DNA of 64,000 bases, filler included, from Sphacelaria rigidula (lineage: Eukaryota), in the NCBI GenBank assembly GCA_964200075.2. It is 7 parts of 7 records of this genome, joined end to end, with 100 filler letters (N's around TTAATTAATTAA, not from the genome) between each part and the next. Parts side by side here need not be neighbours in the genome. Positions count along the whole stretch, not along the records: positions 18,335 to 27,400 come from CAXNAA020009385.1; positions 27,501 to 36,566 come from CAXNAA020009386.1; positions 36,667 to 45,731 come from CAXNAA020009387.1; 4 more parts are not named here. One strand, given 5' to 3'. The notes beneath the pieces are model-generated. The model saw nothing but the letters and a program-made list of their open reading frames with translations. It was not told the origin of the DNA and searched no databases. Below, in pieces: positions 26,001-37,272 of the stretch (position 1 is its first letter; every line of letters starts with the position of its first letter). The position numbers and the translations under genes were made by a program.

Positions 26001-26432
26001 AATATCAGCGGCAGAACTAGTTACGGCTGAGCTGACGATTATCGAAGTAGCGATTTTCGTAGTAGTAACCGCAGAGATTGGATATATATCGTAAAATAAT
26101 GAATAGCTCATGTAATGTAGGGGTCGTATGCAGAGAAGTCAGCATATTGTCACAATAATGAAGAGTTTGGTACGCATAGTCCAAGGTATCAACATTTTGG
26201 GTGAACCGTTTTACAGTATCCAAGGGTTTGTCGAGAGATTGACATAGCTCTACGCTAATACTCTCCAAAACCACCCACCTCAAGCAGGCCTACCAGCTTG
26301 TCGTCACTTTTCTGCAGAGAAGAGACTGATTGGGTTCGATTATGTTTGGCCAAGTGAAGCACCGATGAAATCCATCTTATTTTCTCCGACTACGCAAAGC
26401 AAGTGTTTCACCAAATCTGTGCACCCTTCGCG
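23002..26432 (+). repeat. Right arm of the large inverted duplication
   Basis: Ends ...CAAATCTGTGCACCCTTCGCG, the reverse complement of the contig start at 18335. Confidence 0.95.
23740..24960 (+). mobile_element. Ty1/Copia gag-protease relic
   Basis: gag-like DGKRARDGLVAKYQN...FLTEVVQSRDELVHMGEIVSD..L..VVIKG, zinc-knuckle remnant VKCFTCGR, protease IDSGAGTYYVNS and VPNLGKGLFS; contains stops and frameshifts. Confidence 0.8.
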
Positions 26433-27182
26433 AGCTTCAGAGCTGGGTTCACGAGTTTAACCGTTGTTCCCGTCTAATGACAGCTGGAGAGTGTGTTTGT
26501 TTGTACACAGATAATCCATATTTCCAGCACTTGACCCTCTTGGCTTCCGCCGCAACGTAAGCTTCCACTTCCAATGTAAAGCACGGTTTTCTCGAAATTT
26601 AGCAGTGCCGTTTGGTCGACGCAGGTCGGCGCAAGAATAGCCCGGATACCGCACGCACCACGACTACACGTACCATACGGGGTATGGCGGCTTCGCTGTC
26701 CTTAGGCGTGATCGTGGTTACATTGGGCGCTTGCGCTGATCGTGGTTACATTGGGCGCTTGCGCTGCTACTATGACACCGTGAGATTGAACGAGAATTGT
26801 AGCACGTAGGTTAAAACACTTCATCATGAAATCACCTGTCTTTCGTATCTTCATTGTTTTTGGGGTTGAAAATAGAAAGACCGGTGGAGAGTTTCCACAG
26901 TCAACCACAACCATTTCATAGTGCGCCTAGACTGACTCAACGGCTTTTCCACCACGCGCGGCAGCAAGGAAACGATCGGACAGCTGTCCTATGGTCCAGG
27001 TGCTCCACCACCAAGGCAAACGAGTCCGATGGAAAGTAGAAGCTCCCCATGGCTATAGCATCGCAACCCGCTGTCATCGTCCCCGCCCCGTCTGCTACCG
27101 TATCGATGGTGACCATCCTCGTTTCTTCGTTTGTGCGGTGAAACGAATCGCTCCGCACTCGCTGCCCTGTATCACCGCCAAT
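26175..27182 (-). pseudogene. Possible F-box/LRR-like gene relic
   Basis: After a TGCAG acceptor, FPSDSFALVVEHLDHRTAVRSFPCCRAWW resembles an F-box; KCFNLR and LESISVELCQSL are LRR-like; frameshifts and stops are needed to join them. Confidence 0.35.
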
Positions 27183-27400
27183 CTGCATTAAGGGGTATAT
27201 TACGAACCCTGACCCTGACGGTTGCGAATCCACGATGTACCCCGCGCCGTTCCGCGGCTCTCGGCAGCAGATTCGCGGAGACAGATTAAAGATAGGCAGC
27301 TGCGTTGTATATCACTGGGGTCAGAACGACCGAGCCGGTTTCGCTTGGTGGGCCTGGTGTGCTGGTGGCGTATCCAAGCGTCAAGAGCAAACAAGAACGC

Positions 27401-27500
27401 NNNNNNNNNNNNNNNNNNNNNNNNNNNNNNNNNNNNNNNNNNNNTTAATTAATTAANNNNNNNNNNNNNNNNNNNNNNNNNNNNNNNNNNNNNNNNNNNN
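27401..27500. other. Artificial contig linker
   Basis: Same N/TTAATTAATTAA/N structure. Confidence 0.97.
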
Positions 27501-28114
27501 CATTCCCTGGAGCACGGGGAGACGATAGACACCCTCACCTTCACCTAATTTGTGATCTATCTCGAGATATGGCGCACATAGGTTTCCATACTAAAATCAG
27601 TATCTTACGAGCAGGTGCGCTAGGTTAGCTAAATATGGATATCGCGTCTCAGTTTTTGAGAGTTATGCTATAAAATATCGTACGGAGAACCGCTAGTGCA
27701 TAATAAAGCTTCAAAACACAGCTTTTCCATTTTTTTCGGGTTATTGGGACAGTTTTGAGGAGAAATGAACACTGCTTTTGGGCCTTATCTCACTTTTTCA
27801 GCTCAATTTTTAGAATTGCAATTTAAAACTCAGGAGAAAGAATCACAGAGGTATGCCGAATAAAAAAAAAAATGGCCCCTCAGTTTTTTTTTTGTGATGG
27901 AGGTTCGGGCGTTCTCGTAAAACAATGGCGGTTTCCATACTAAAACGCCCTAAACCAATGAAAAAACAAGAAAAAATCAACCGGACCCACTTCATTTCGT
28001 CGATTATGCCCTAGCCACGGCCCACACAAAGGTTCAATACACAAACACCAAACGTGGGCCGGTAAGTGGCCTGCAAAATACTGTTCCGAACATCTTCTGA
28101 ACCCGTCACTAAAC

Positions 28115-28384
28115 GGCCCATTATACGGCCAATACTTGGAGTTAGATCGTGAAATTTGACATGGACAATGAATAGGGCATAATGAAAAAAATTACCAGTG
28201 TACACAAGTTTTTTTTTTCATGAGGTAAGGCCAATAATCAGTTTTCAGATAGCGGTAAAATGCCCCTAACTCATGGAAAAAAACAAAAAATCCTTGTGTG
28301 GACTGGTATTTTTTTATTATGCCCCATTCATTGTCCATACCAGTTTTCAGGGTGCAACTCTGAATATTGGCCGTATAATGGGCC
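28115..28384. mobile_element. Fold-back/MITE-like element upstream of the hAT relic
   Basis: GGCCCATTATACGGCCAATA / TATTGGCCGTATAATGGGCC and ATGGACAATGAAT..GGCATAAT / ATTATGCC..ATTCATTGTCCAT. Confidence 0.75.
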
Positions 28385-28569
28385 TGCAAAGTACAGAATC
28401 GCTTCTCCGCTGGTCCAGCTCGTATGAGAAGCAGAAGCAGCAGCAGCAGCTGCGATGAAGGAAGCGATGACAACATGTCAGAGATGAAAGGGCCCACAAC
28501 ATCAGGCAGCGGTGCCGTCCCCGTCAATCTCGAGGACACGTCGGCAAAAAAGAGCACTCAAGACACAGA

Positions 28570-30530
28570 ATGCGAGCACCGCCTGAAAAAATGCAGGTGT
28601 CAAAGCCCTCCAGAGGTACACACACTTTGTGGACGGGAGGGTACGTGAAGTACACGCTGGGCAGGCTGCCGCATATTGCGGTGTACGTGCTTTGCAAGGC
28701 GGCGGGGTGCTGGTCTTCCGCCGAAATCAACTGCGGCAGGAACATGGCGGCTTCGAACCTGCTGCAGCATCTCCTTTGCGACAAGGCTGACCATTGCGAG
28801 GCGCATGACATCTGCCAGGATAATGTCGCGTCAAAGAGGCAGGCGACAGTGACGGGCGTCTGTTTCCCCGCTGAGAAAAAGCCCCCCCGAGGAGCCCCTT
28901 TCGAAGGACCTCGCAGTCTTGCGCCGTCATGAGTTGGAGGAAAACGACCCCCTCCCGCGCGCCAGCCGCTGCGGCCGTGGCATTCGCAGTGCCCTGCATA
29001 CCTGCGCTAACGCGTTCTCCTTCAGACTCTTGTACGTCCATCACTTTGGCCTCCACCGCGTTCGCCTCCATCTCGTCTACCTGCATCTTCGTGACCGCAT
29101 CAATGATGATGTCCTACACCTCCTCGTGCTCGGCATCAGGAATACCGTACAGCGTTTGATGCACTCTGGGATCGCACGCGGTAGCGAGCACCTGAATCAT
29201 GGTGAGTCCCCCGGTTTGCCTGCGCTTGCGCTCGCGATAGGTTGAGCAAACGTCACCACCCATGGTGAGGGCAAACGCAGGCAACCCGGGGGATTCGTCA
29301 AGATGCAGGTGCTCGCTAACGCGTGCGATCCCAGAGTGCATCGAACGCTGTACGGTATTCCTGATGCCGAGCACGAGGAGGTGTGGGACATCATCATTGA
29401 TGCGGTCACAAAGATACAGGTAAAGGAGACAGAGGCGAACGCAGTGGAGGCCAAAGTGATGGACGTAAATGAGATGGAGGTACGAGAGTCTAACGGAGAC
29501 GGCGCTAGCGCAGGCACTGCGAATGCCACGACCGGAGAGGCGGCCGCGGCTCCAGCGGCCGCAGCGGCTGGCGCGCGGGGGGTTCGTTTTACTCCAACTC
29601 AAGAAGGCGCAAGACTGCGGGGTCCTTTGAAAGGGGATCGGGGGCGTTTTCTCAGCGGGGAAGCAGACGAGTGCGGGCGCGCGCAGTGCACCGGTGGGGA
29701 CCACCAGTGGGCCGGTGGAGGCCGCCAGCGAGGATACCGAGCGCTTGCGCCACTATGCGAAAGTGAAGGTTAGTCATGCAAACGCCAGTTGCCGTTTTTT
29801 CACGTCCACGACCACGAACCCTGTGCCCCTGTCAGTGTTTGAGAAACCATGCTATGCGAAGGCGTGGAGGAAATCAGCCGTTACTCTTCAAGAAGGCATT
29901 TCCATTTTTTGTGTTGCCGACTCGATGGAGGAAAGTCCTTGCGAGTTTTCTTGTTTGGCGAACAAGTACATCGAGCACGAATGCAAACGACTTTTTCAGC
30001 AGCCCCGTGCTATTATAGCAGTCGTGAAATATGCTTGTGCTCGTGCGCTACTCAACACGCATCTGCCGCTTTTCTCGTGGTCATGCTTTTCTTCACACTT
30101 CTTGATCGTTCGGACGGTCTGGGTAGCCTTGCTGGTGGCGTCTTGCATATTCTCACGGCACTAAAGGCTAGTCATTCGTTTCCGTTTTACACCGTCGCCA
30201 ACAGGTGAATGCATTCAGGAAGATGGAGGGGATCATCATCACCGTGGAAAAAAACAAGAAAGGGGTTGTGACGTCGATCCTGAAGTGATCATTTTCCCCG
30301 GTAGAAGAAGAATGACCGTGCTTGTCCGCTGGTGGTGGCCAAGCTAGCTCGCCGGGTGCTTGCTATCCCGGCAACCTTGGCCAGTCAGAGCGTCTATTCT
30401 CCCTGGCAAGACTTGTCGTCACAACGAAGCGCAATAGGTTGGAGGCGGAGAATGTCGAGACCCTGTCGTTTTTGCGCACCGTGTGGCCCGTCTTTGAGGC
30501 CATGGAGAAGAGTAAGGCAACGGCCAACGC
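28570..30530 (+). pseudogene. hAT-superfamily transposase pseudogene, rearranged, with a probable intron at ~29769-30204
   Basis: BED-finger-like LCKAAGCW...ASNLLQHL...H; ANACDPRV matches the hAT LDPR motif; C-terminal dimerisation motif AKLARRVLAIPAT / SERLFS...KRNRLEAENVETLSFL with a frameshift. Confidence 0.88.
28857..29669. repeat. Inverted duplication inside the hAT transposase (arms ~28857-29238 and ~29262-29669)
   Basis: EANAVEAKVMDV and ACDPRVH.TLYGIPDAEHEEV are encoded on both strands, facing outward from ~29250. Confidence 0.93.
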
Positions 30531-32215
30531 TAGTAATGCAGTCTCGTGCTCAGTGCGACGAGGGGTACAAGTGCACCGCAGGGGCAGCCACAACAAGTGT
30601 CGGTGACTGCGCTCACGTCGTTCGTTTGCAGTAATAGGTAGTTTTACCCTTTGTCGGGATTGAGGGGTAGGAGTATCGTAAGCAATTGGCACGGATATTC
30701 TGCGCGATACTTGTGACATGAACAGGGCATTGAGGATTGGACACAGAGAGTTGTTGAGCGGATCTGAAATGTGGAGCAATACCGCGTTTCGTGGCATTGT
30801 CGTGCGTGCTTTGCTTTATTCTGTCGACATCAAGCGTTGAGCGTTCAGTGGTGGCTGGTCAAGGTGATACCGAAGCATGAGGAAGAGTCGCAATTTCTGT
30901 TGAATTTTCCTGGCTGATGAAGTCACACTCAATAACGTTACCAACTTCTCGTGCTCGTCGTAGGTCCTGGTACTTGGGTGCTACACGCGGAACGCTATGT
31001 ATGCTGCACTACTGTCTCACCGCTTCGTTTTCTAGTTCACGTCGCAAAGTCGAATGGTATGGACGTCGCAAAGTTCAATGATTTTCTACCCCCTATATAC
31101 TTCGTACATATTCTTTGTGCACCGATTACGTGCTCGAATTGCTGGCTCTAGGCGGCTAGAATCTATCGCGATTTTGAAGAGATGTGAAGCCAAATGACGT
31201 AATGTTTTTCCCCTCCGCCGGGGCCACCTCACCAGCCGGGGGCGGGGGGCTGTACGCCACTCCGCTGCGTTGCCTTGCCAGGCAACGCTGGCGGAGTCGA
31301 GGGGCGGCTTCGCCGCCATTCATCCAGTTTCAACTGGTAACTGTAATAATTTTTCGCAACCAGTTTACTGGTTAACCAAACAAGTACACAACTCTATTGT
31401 TTACGCTTTAACCCCAATTTTGTTTTCTTTGTTTTTTACTGCACAGGCGTGGACCGTGGCCAAATTTTCAGGGCTTAGTATTTTCTGTTCTGAATGTCAC
31501 GTGGTTGGTGTCATGAGTTGAAGAGGTAAACGTCGCGCCGTGCTGTTCTGCGTTTGTACTCTGTCCCTACCCATGCGGTGCTACCCGTACAGCGCGGAAG
31601 AACATGTACAGAGCCGTGCTACGATAGGTTGGGTGTTTGATTCAAGGCAAAAAAAAGGACTCAAACGTGTCTCGGACAACCTGACACACTCGCCGCGCGC
31701 TTTTATTTGGGTATACCGGCGTAAGGCAGTAAGAATGAGCGTTATTTATCCGTAACACGTGCGTTCGGACAATCGTTGCTGCTTACAACGATGATTCGGA
31801 GTTGAATTTCGTGGAAGCAACGGCCCAAAATATCCCCGGTTCTTTCGTTGCATGACTAAAGTTGTTTGTGCTGTTCCCGTACCGTTGAATACGCGACAGC
31901 AGTGTCGTCAACACGGCCTGCGGGTACGAACCCGGCACGGTACATAGCGTTTGGCACACAGGCAGTGCACCTCGGCGCCCGCTAGTCATTCACAAGTCCT
32001 GCACCTGTCGGTGTGTGGTACAGCACTAGTACAAGTTGCGATAGTTGAGAGTTGTACTGCTACACTGTCTGTAGGCAGTTCTGTACTTTCTGTAGTAGAA
32101 GTGTTGTGCACTGTCTGTAGTAGAAGTGTGCACATGCCTGTGCCTGTGCGTGTGCATATTTCGAGCAAGTATGTTCATTCTCGATAAAGGTTCACTACGC
32201 AGTAACGCCTAGCTG

Positions 32216-32480
32216 CGTGGAGGTGACCGGGGGAGCGGAGATACCTGTCGACCTGGCTAAAGATTACGCGGAAGGGCGAAAGTGGGCCACTCATGCAGTC
32301 TCTACGAGGACTTCGACAAAAGGATCACCCAACGGTGGTGTACCTGCACGAGCTAGCGCAATCTTCACGTTGGGTGGCCATCTTGTCATCGTAAGGGCTG
32401 CTTGAGCGGCCGACTCCCGCCCTTCCGCGTCATCGTAAGTCAGGTCCGCTGGTGTCTCGGCTCCCCCGTTCGCCTCCAAG
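32216..32480. repeat. Diverged inverted repeat with ~90 bp coding-like arms
   Basis: Plus strand EVTGGAEIPVDLAKDYAEGRKWATHA versus minus strand EANGGAETPADLTYDDAEGRESAAQA. Confidence 0.75.
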
Positions 32481-33907
32481 TCTTCCTCGTAGTCTTGGGT
32501 CACCTCGGTGAACGAGCTTCCATCACCAGCGCTGTCGCGGGCGTTCACGGCACTCGCTATCGCCCCACTTACGATATTCATCCTACGGCTGTGTTCTCAA
32601 ACCTTGGTCGTTATGGGGCGGGTTGTCTAGTCCCGTTTCCTAACCCTAAGTTGGGCACCAACGCTTCAGGGTGTTGGACTCAGGGTTCATTTTCAAATTT
32701 TCAAATTGATCCTGGGTTGCTGCCCACGTCTCTTCTCAGGCTTTACTTTTCAGAGATTCACTAGGGGAATTCGTCATATCCTGGCCTTGATTCCCAACTT
32801 TTCTAGCCCCCAACCCTGACTTTTTCCGGCCGTTTTTTTATCTACTAATGTGGACCTTGGGGGTGGCGAAGAAGAAATCGCCAAGGCGTATGAGACCCAC
32901 GTCATCGGCTGCGGATGAAACTCGGATCAGGTGATGTGGGTGGACCATGTGGATATTTTTTGCCCATGGCAGCGTGCCCGCGATTCTTATGATCGGGCCG
33001 CATTGGAATTAATAGCGGGGATGCCAAAGAAACGGTGAAGATGCAGGTCAAATATGTTCATCGGTGGTTGTTGCTCCTATGCCCCGGTCGTATTCCTCTA
33101 AGGGGACGAGAGTCGTTTTGACTGTTGGTCTATATAGAAGGCTCTCTATCGAGCGTTATTCCATTATGGGCGCGCCGCGGGTCAAATACATCACAGAGTT
33201 AGGCTACGAGTTCATCATCGCATGCTACGTCCACAGTACTTTGTTCCTTATATCGCAGAGCCTCCAAGACACCGGCGAAGAGGAAACCCAACGGCGATTT
33301 GCACCATGACGACTTCTCTGATGAGGGCCCTTTCGGCGACAGCGCGGAAGTTTCTGGGAGGAAAAAACGCAGGAAGTCCAGGGCGCCGAAATATAAGGTT
33401 TACGAGGACCTGCTAACCAGGTGAGGTTGCCTGCTGCAACGGGTGTGGTGTGCGTGCACTTGGAAGTTGACCGTGACGGTGTTTCAATAACCCTAACGTT
33501 GACGTTGTAGGTTCCCGTGACGGCGGCCTCATGTACGTTGGGGAGGGAGTGATGACCGTCAGCCACCGTGATCGGCACGCGGTTTTTATCGTTGGGTCCT
33601 GATTATTTGCGGTCTATCTAGGGCAACACCAATGTCCACTTTCATCTGTCGCCCACCTCCGTTCACCCAGAGCCAAATCCTTCTGGGCAGGGGAGGCGAA
33701 GCCATTGCTCCCTGTGCCAAACCCTTCCCGGGGGGGGACCTTGAACCAACGTCGACATTTCGTTTTGACATGTTCAGGTGATCCATTCGGTATTGATTGT
33801 CGGCCGCGTTGCAGAGGTACTAATCAACTTTGAACTTTTCACTGCAACTCGAAACAAATTGCAAGGGAGTAGCTGTACGAGCGGGAGGAAGCGCAACCAC
33901 ATTACAC

Positions 33908-34350
33908 AACAGCGAATCATCAAAAACGAGGAAGCCCATAATCGAGGATGACAACCCGGAAAATTAAGATTCTTCGTATCCACATCAAATCTTCGAAATA
34001 TAGTTGCATTCCTTCACTTGCTGGTGGCCGTTGATGACTACTACGCGCCAGAATAAATGGGATTCCGATAGCCGAAATGTTGGGGTCCGAGATGAAAAAA
34101 ATGATTCTGGGGGGTTTGGGTGATCGAAACCGCTCGCTCGATTTCGCCAGAATCGTTTCTTCACGTAGGTACCCAACGTTGCGGCGATGAAATCCAAATT
34201 TGTAGGGCGTGTAGTAGTTGCCGATAGGTACCAGGAGGTGAAAGAGTGCAACCATATTTCGAAGAATTGTTGTGGATACGAAGTTCAAAGGTTCCAGGTT
34301 ATCGTCCTCAATGTAGAGCTCCATTCTCAATTTTACGATGGTTGGCTGTT
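33908..34350. mobile_element. Old fold-back MITE; single arms of the family also at 36667-36720, ~43490-43670 and ~46360-46492
   Basis: GAGGATGACAACCCGGAA...CTTCGTATCCACA...CTTCGAAATATAGTTGCA..CTTCAC versus GTGAAAGAGTGCAACCATATTTCGAAG...TGTGGATACGAAG...GGTTATCGTCCTC. Confidence 0.75.
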
Positions 34351-35472
34351 ACAACCAAAACAATAGGTATAGTAAGACCAATCGTGAGTGGTGGACCAAT
34401 AGCGTGAACGTCTATGATGTTAATGCGCGCAATAGTTGGGCCGGGTGGCAGCGCGCCGGAAAGGAACGCCTCCTCCGCGGGGAGCCAGTCCGAGGTGCCC
34501 CCGGGAGGTCTCCGCTGCAGCCGCTCTGCCGGATACACGATCTTTCGCAAGTACGCTTCGGTGGAGAACAAGATTTAGGGCATGGGTCGTGTTTCAAGGG
34601 TATCAGGAATCATTTTCGGGTTCATAATGCGGTAATGGCAATGTAGGTTTGACATCCATGAGCAGAAATCATCCTGATATGCACCATCCCGACCACCGTT
34701 ACCATAGCCATGGCCTCATCTATCCGATACCATTTCATAGCTGCTGACAAATCCTGTTCGCCATGCAGGAAAACAAGGGCGTATCAACGAGTAGGATACG
34801 CGGAAGTCGATTCAGTCCGAATCACACGCTTCCTGCCCAACAAACCGTGCCTCTATTTTCCGTGGCTGTATTGCCATACCTGCTGCTTGTCTCTCCTGCT
34901 GAAATGACGCGCGGCCTCAGACCGCGCACACTGCACGCGTCTAGTGGAAGGGATGGTGATGAACGGAGAGATACTGCATGCAACGTGTTTTTTTTTTATG
35001 TCGTCGCAAACCCCGAGGCTCCCGCATGTTCGGCAGCAGTGTTTATCGTGTGACAAAGATTCGATTTCATGTCAAAACTTTCGACAGGTGGTTCGCAGCG
35101 CAGTAACCTACGCCCCAAGCCGTTATATGCCTTGCCTTTTTTTTATGTTGGCCCAGACGTAGTCCATTGGAATCGGGACCAATCCTGCCTGCCCTTACAG
35201 CCTAAGAACAAGACAACCACAGGAGAGCAAGGGACGCGTACTTGTCGTAACCCAATGTGCAGTGAACGCGACGTCCAAATTACACCCCGAAATTATGAAA
35301 CCGAGCCGCCCTGACTCGGTGGACTTTGCAGGCTACGTTTATGCGGCGAAAAGTCGTAGCCTTCGCTTCTTCGTCGTTACGCAATCGTGCTTGACAAGTT
35401 CTCCCGCGTACGTGCTCACGATTTCCTCCACCCAGTACGCAAAGTTTCGGCGCCAGTCGTCTCCAAGACGCG

Positions 35473-35868
35473 GTGGACAACCAGCGTAAGATGGCATCTG
35501 AAGCCAGAGCTGAGAATCAAGCAAGATGGGAATTCGAGAGGGAAATGGCGATCTCCCAGAGGCGGTTTGAGAGAGAAGAAAATGGGAAGGCGCGGCAGGA
35601 GGAACGCGAACACGCTGCAATGCTGCGCGCGGAGGGGCGTGCAGAGATACGGCGGGAAAGAGAGCACGAGCGTGCAGAGAGAGAACACGAGCGTGCAGAG
35701 AGACGGCGTGAGAGAGAGCACGAGCGTGCAGAGAGAGAACACGAGCGTGCAGAGAAACGGCGTGAAAGAGAGCACGGGCGGTCAGAGAGACAGCGAGAGA
35801 GAGAGCACGAGATTGCTGAATTGAAGCTGAAGATTCAAGAGGCTGAAAACCAGAGGCAGCTGCCGTGA
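35473..35868 (+). CDS. Charged coiled-coil ORF with REHERAE repeats, origin unknown
   Basis: 131 aa open frame built on a tandem GAGAGCACGAGCGTGCAGAGA repeat and ending in EIAELKLKIQEAE; no family recognised. Confidence 0.4.
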   Translation: MDNQRKMASEARAENQARWEFEREMAISQRRFEREENGKARQEEREHAAMLRAEGRAEIRREREHERAEREHERAERRREREHERAEREHERAEKRREREHGRSERQREREHEIAELKLKIQEAENQRQLP

Positions 35869-36145
35869 GAGGTGCCTCGATTTGCCCGTTCCAGAATGAA
35901 GATATGTTGCTTGTGCATTGGCCTCGTGGGAAAAGCGGATTGCCGGTATTTTTCATTTTCAGTTTATTTCCGAGGGGGCAGGGTGGGGGGGGGGGGGGGG
36001 GGGGGTTTTTCTCCTCGTTCCGGGGGGCCCAAACCCGGCGGGGCGGGGGGGGGGGGGGGGCCAGAAAAAAATCGGTNNNNNNNNNNGGGTTTGGGTTTGT
36101 TGGGGGTGTGAGGGTGGGTGTGTGGTTTTTTTTTTGTGGGGTTTT

Positions 36146-36181
<36 letters not shown>

Positions 36182-36566
36182 CGTTTTCATGCTCGTTCCG
36201 GCGGCGCCTAAACCGCAGGGCCTGGCGGGGCGATGAGCACTGTACAATATCGTTTACGCGCGTGTTACTTTTACTGCCGATGTTGTAGAAGATATCGTGT
36301 GGCTCTTTGCTCCCCTGGGGAACAAGGGCGACAGCTCACACCGCACTAGTGCGCCCGCATCACCTGACGCGCCAACAGCGGATGGTGGAACAACGGCAAG
36401 GGAATGTTTAAACGTAGACGAAGAGTTTTCGGCAAATCGAAGAACAATGATCGCTGCATTGTGGAAAACGGTTGGAGTGGTAATGGAACCCCGAACATAG
36501 GCTTTCACTTATTACTAGCCTTCGCTGAATCGAGCCGTTGGGCAACGACATATTAACCCTTCAATA

Positions 36567-36666
36567 NNNNNNNNNNNNNNNNNNNNNNNNNNNNNNNNNN
36601 NNNNNNNNNNTTAATTAATTAANNNNNNNNNNNNNNNNNNNNNNNNNNNNNNNNNNNNNNNNNNNN
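36567..36666. other. Artificial contig linker
   Basis: Same N/TTAATTAATTAA/N structure. Confidence 0.97.
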
Positions 36667-36845
36667 GGGTTCTCATCCTCAATCAATAGCACCATCCTCA
36701 ACATAGATGATTGGCTGTTAAAAAAAAAACGCAGTCAAACTGAAAAAGTGTTATAATAGTCGCTCAATCAGATTTTTTCACAGACGATTTGTCACCTTCA
36801 CTCGAACGTCTGAGGGTCGGTAGGCGTTGGGAAAAAAAGCAGATA

Positions 36846-37272
36846 ACTGTGGATTCTCGAAAATGGGGTTGAAAAACAAAATGAGCTTCAATTCAAAAGC
36901 CGTGATTTCCCTGACTGACCTAAATTCATGACAAATGGCTTTCATATGGACCACCCCATCCCTCCCGATCCCCCTGAAACTATTTCGGGGGATTTCAAGC
37001 TTTCCATTCCCCCAAAGGATATGTGCGAAAGCACACTGTTGCCTCGATTTCGGGGTGAAAAAAAAGACGTTTTGTGCCCCCAAAATCGTGCTTTCGCACA
37101 TACCCTTTGGGGGAGCGGAAGGTGAGAAATCCCTCGAAATAGTTCTAGGGAGGTTGGGAGGGATGGGGTGGTCCATGGGAAAGCCATTTGTCATGAATTT
37201 AGGTCAGGGAAAGCACGGCGTTTGAGTTGAACCTCGTTTTGTTTTCCAACCTCATTTTCGAGAATCCACCGT
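36846..37272. mobile_element. Fold-back element flanked by TA (possibly Tc1/mariner-mobilised)
   Basis: ~200 bp arms, e.g. GTGGATTCTCGAAAATG / CATTTTCGAGAATCCAC and CTGACCTAAATTCATGACAAATGGCTTTC / GAAAGCCATTTGTCATGAATTTAGGTCAG. Confidence 0.82.

Noticed and set aside
34944..35489. Possible KilA-N or viral-type protein upstream of the coiled-coil ORF
   Set aside because: Only a few residues of resemblance in broken frames; not supportable
35975..36185. Poly-G tracts and the 302 aa Pro-rich ORF 35339-36247
   Set aside because: Spans a 10-N gap and homopolymer noise; the rest is the antisense of the REHERAE repeat
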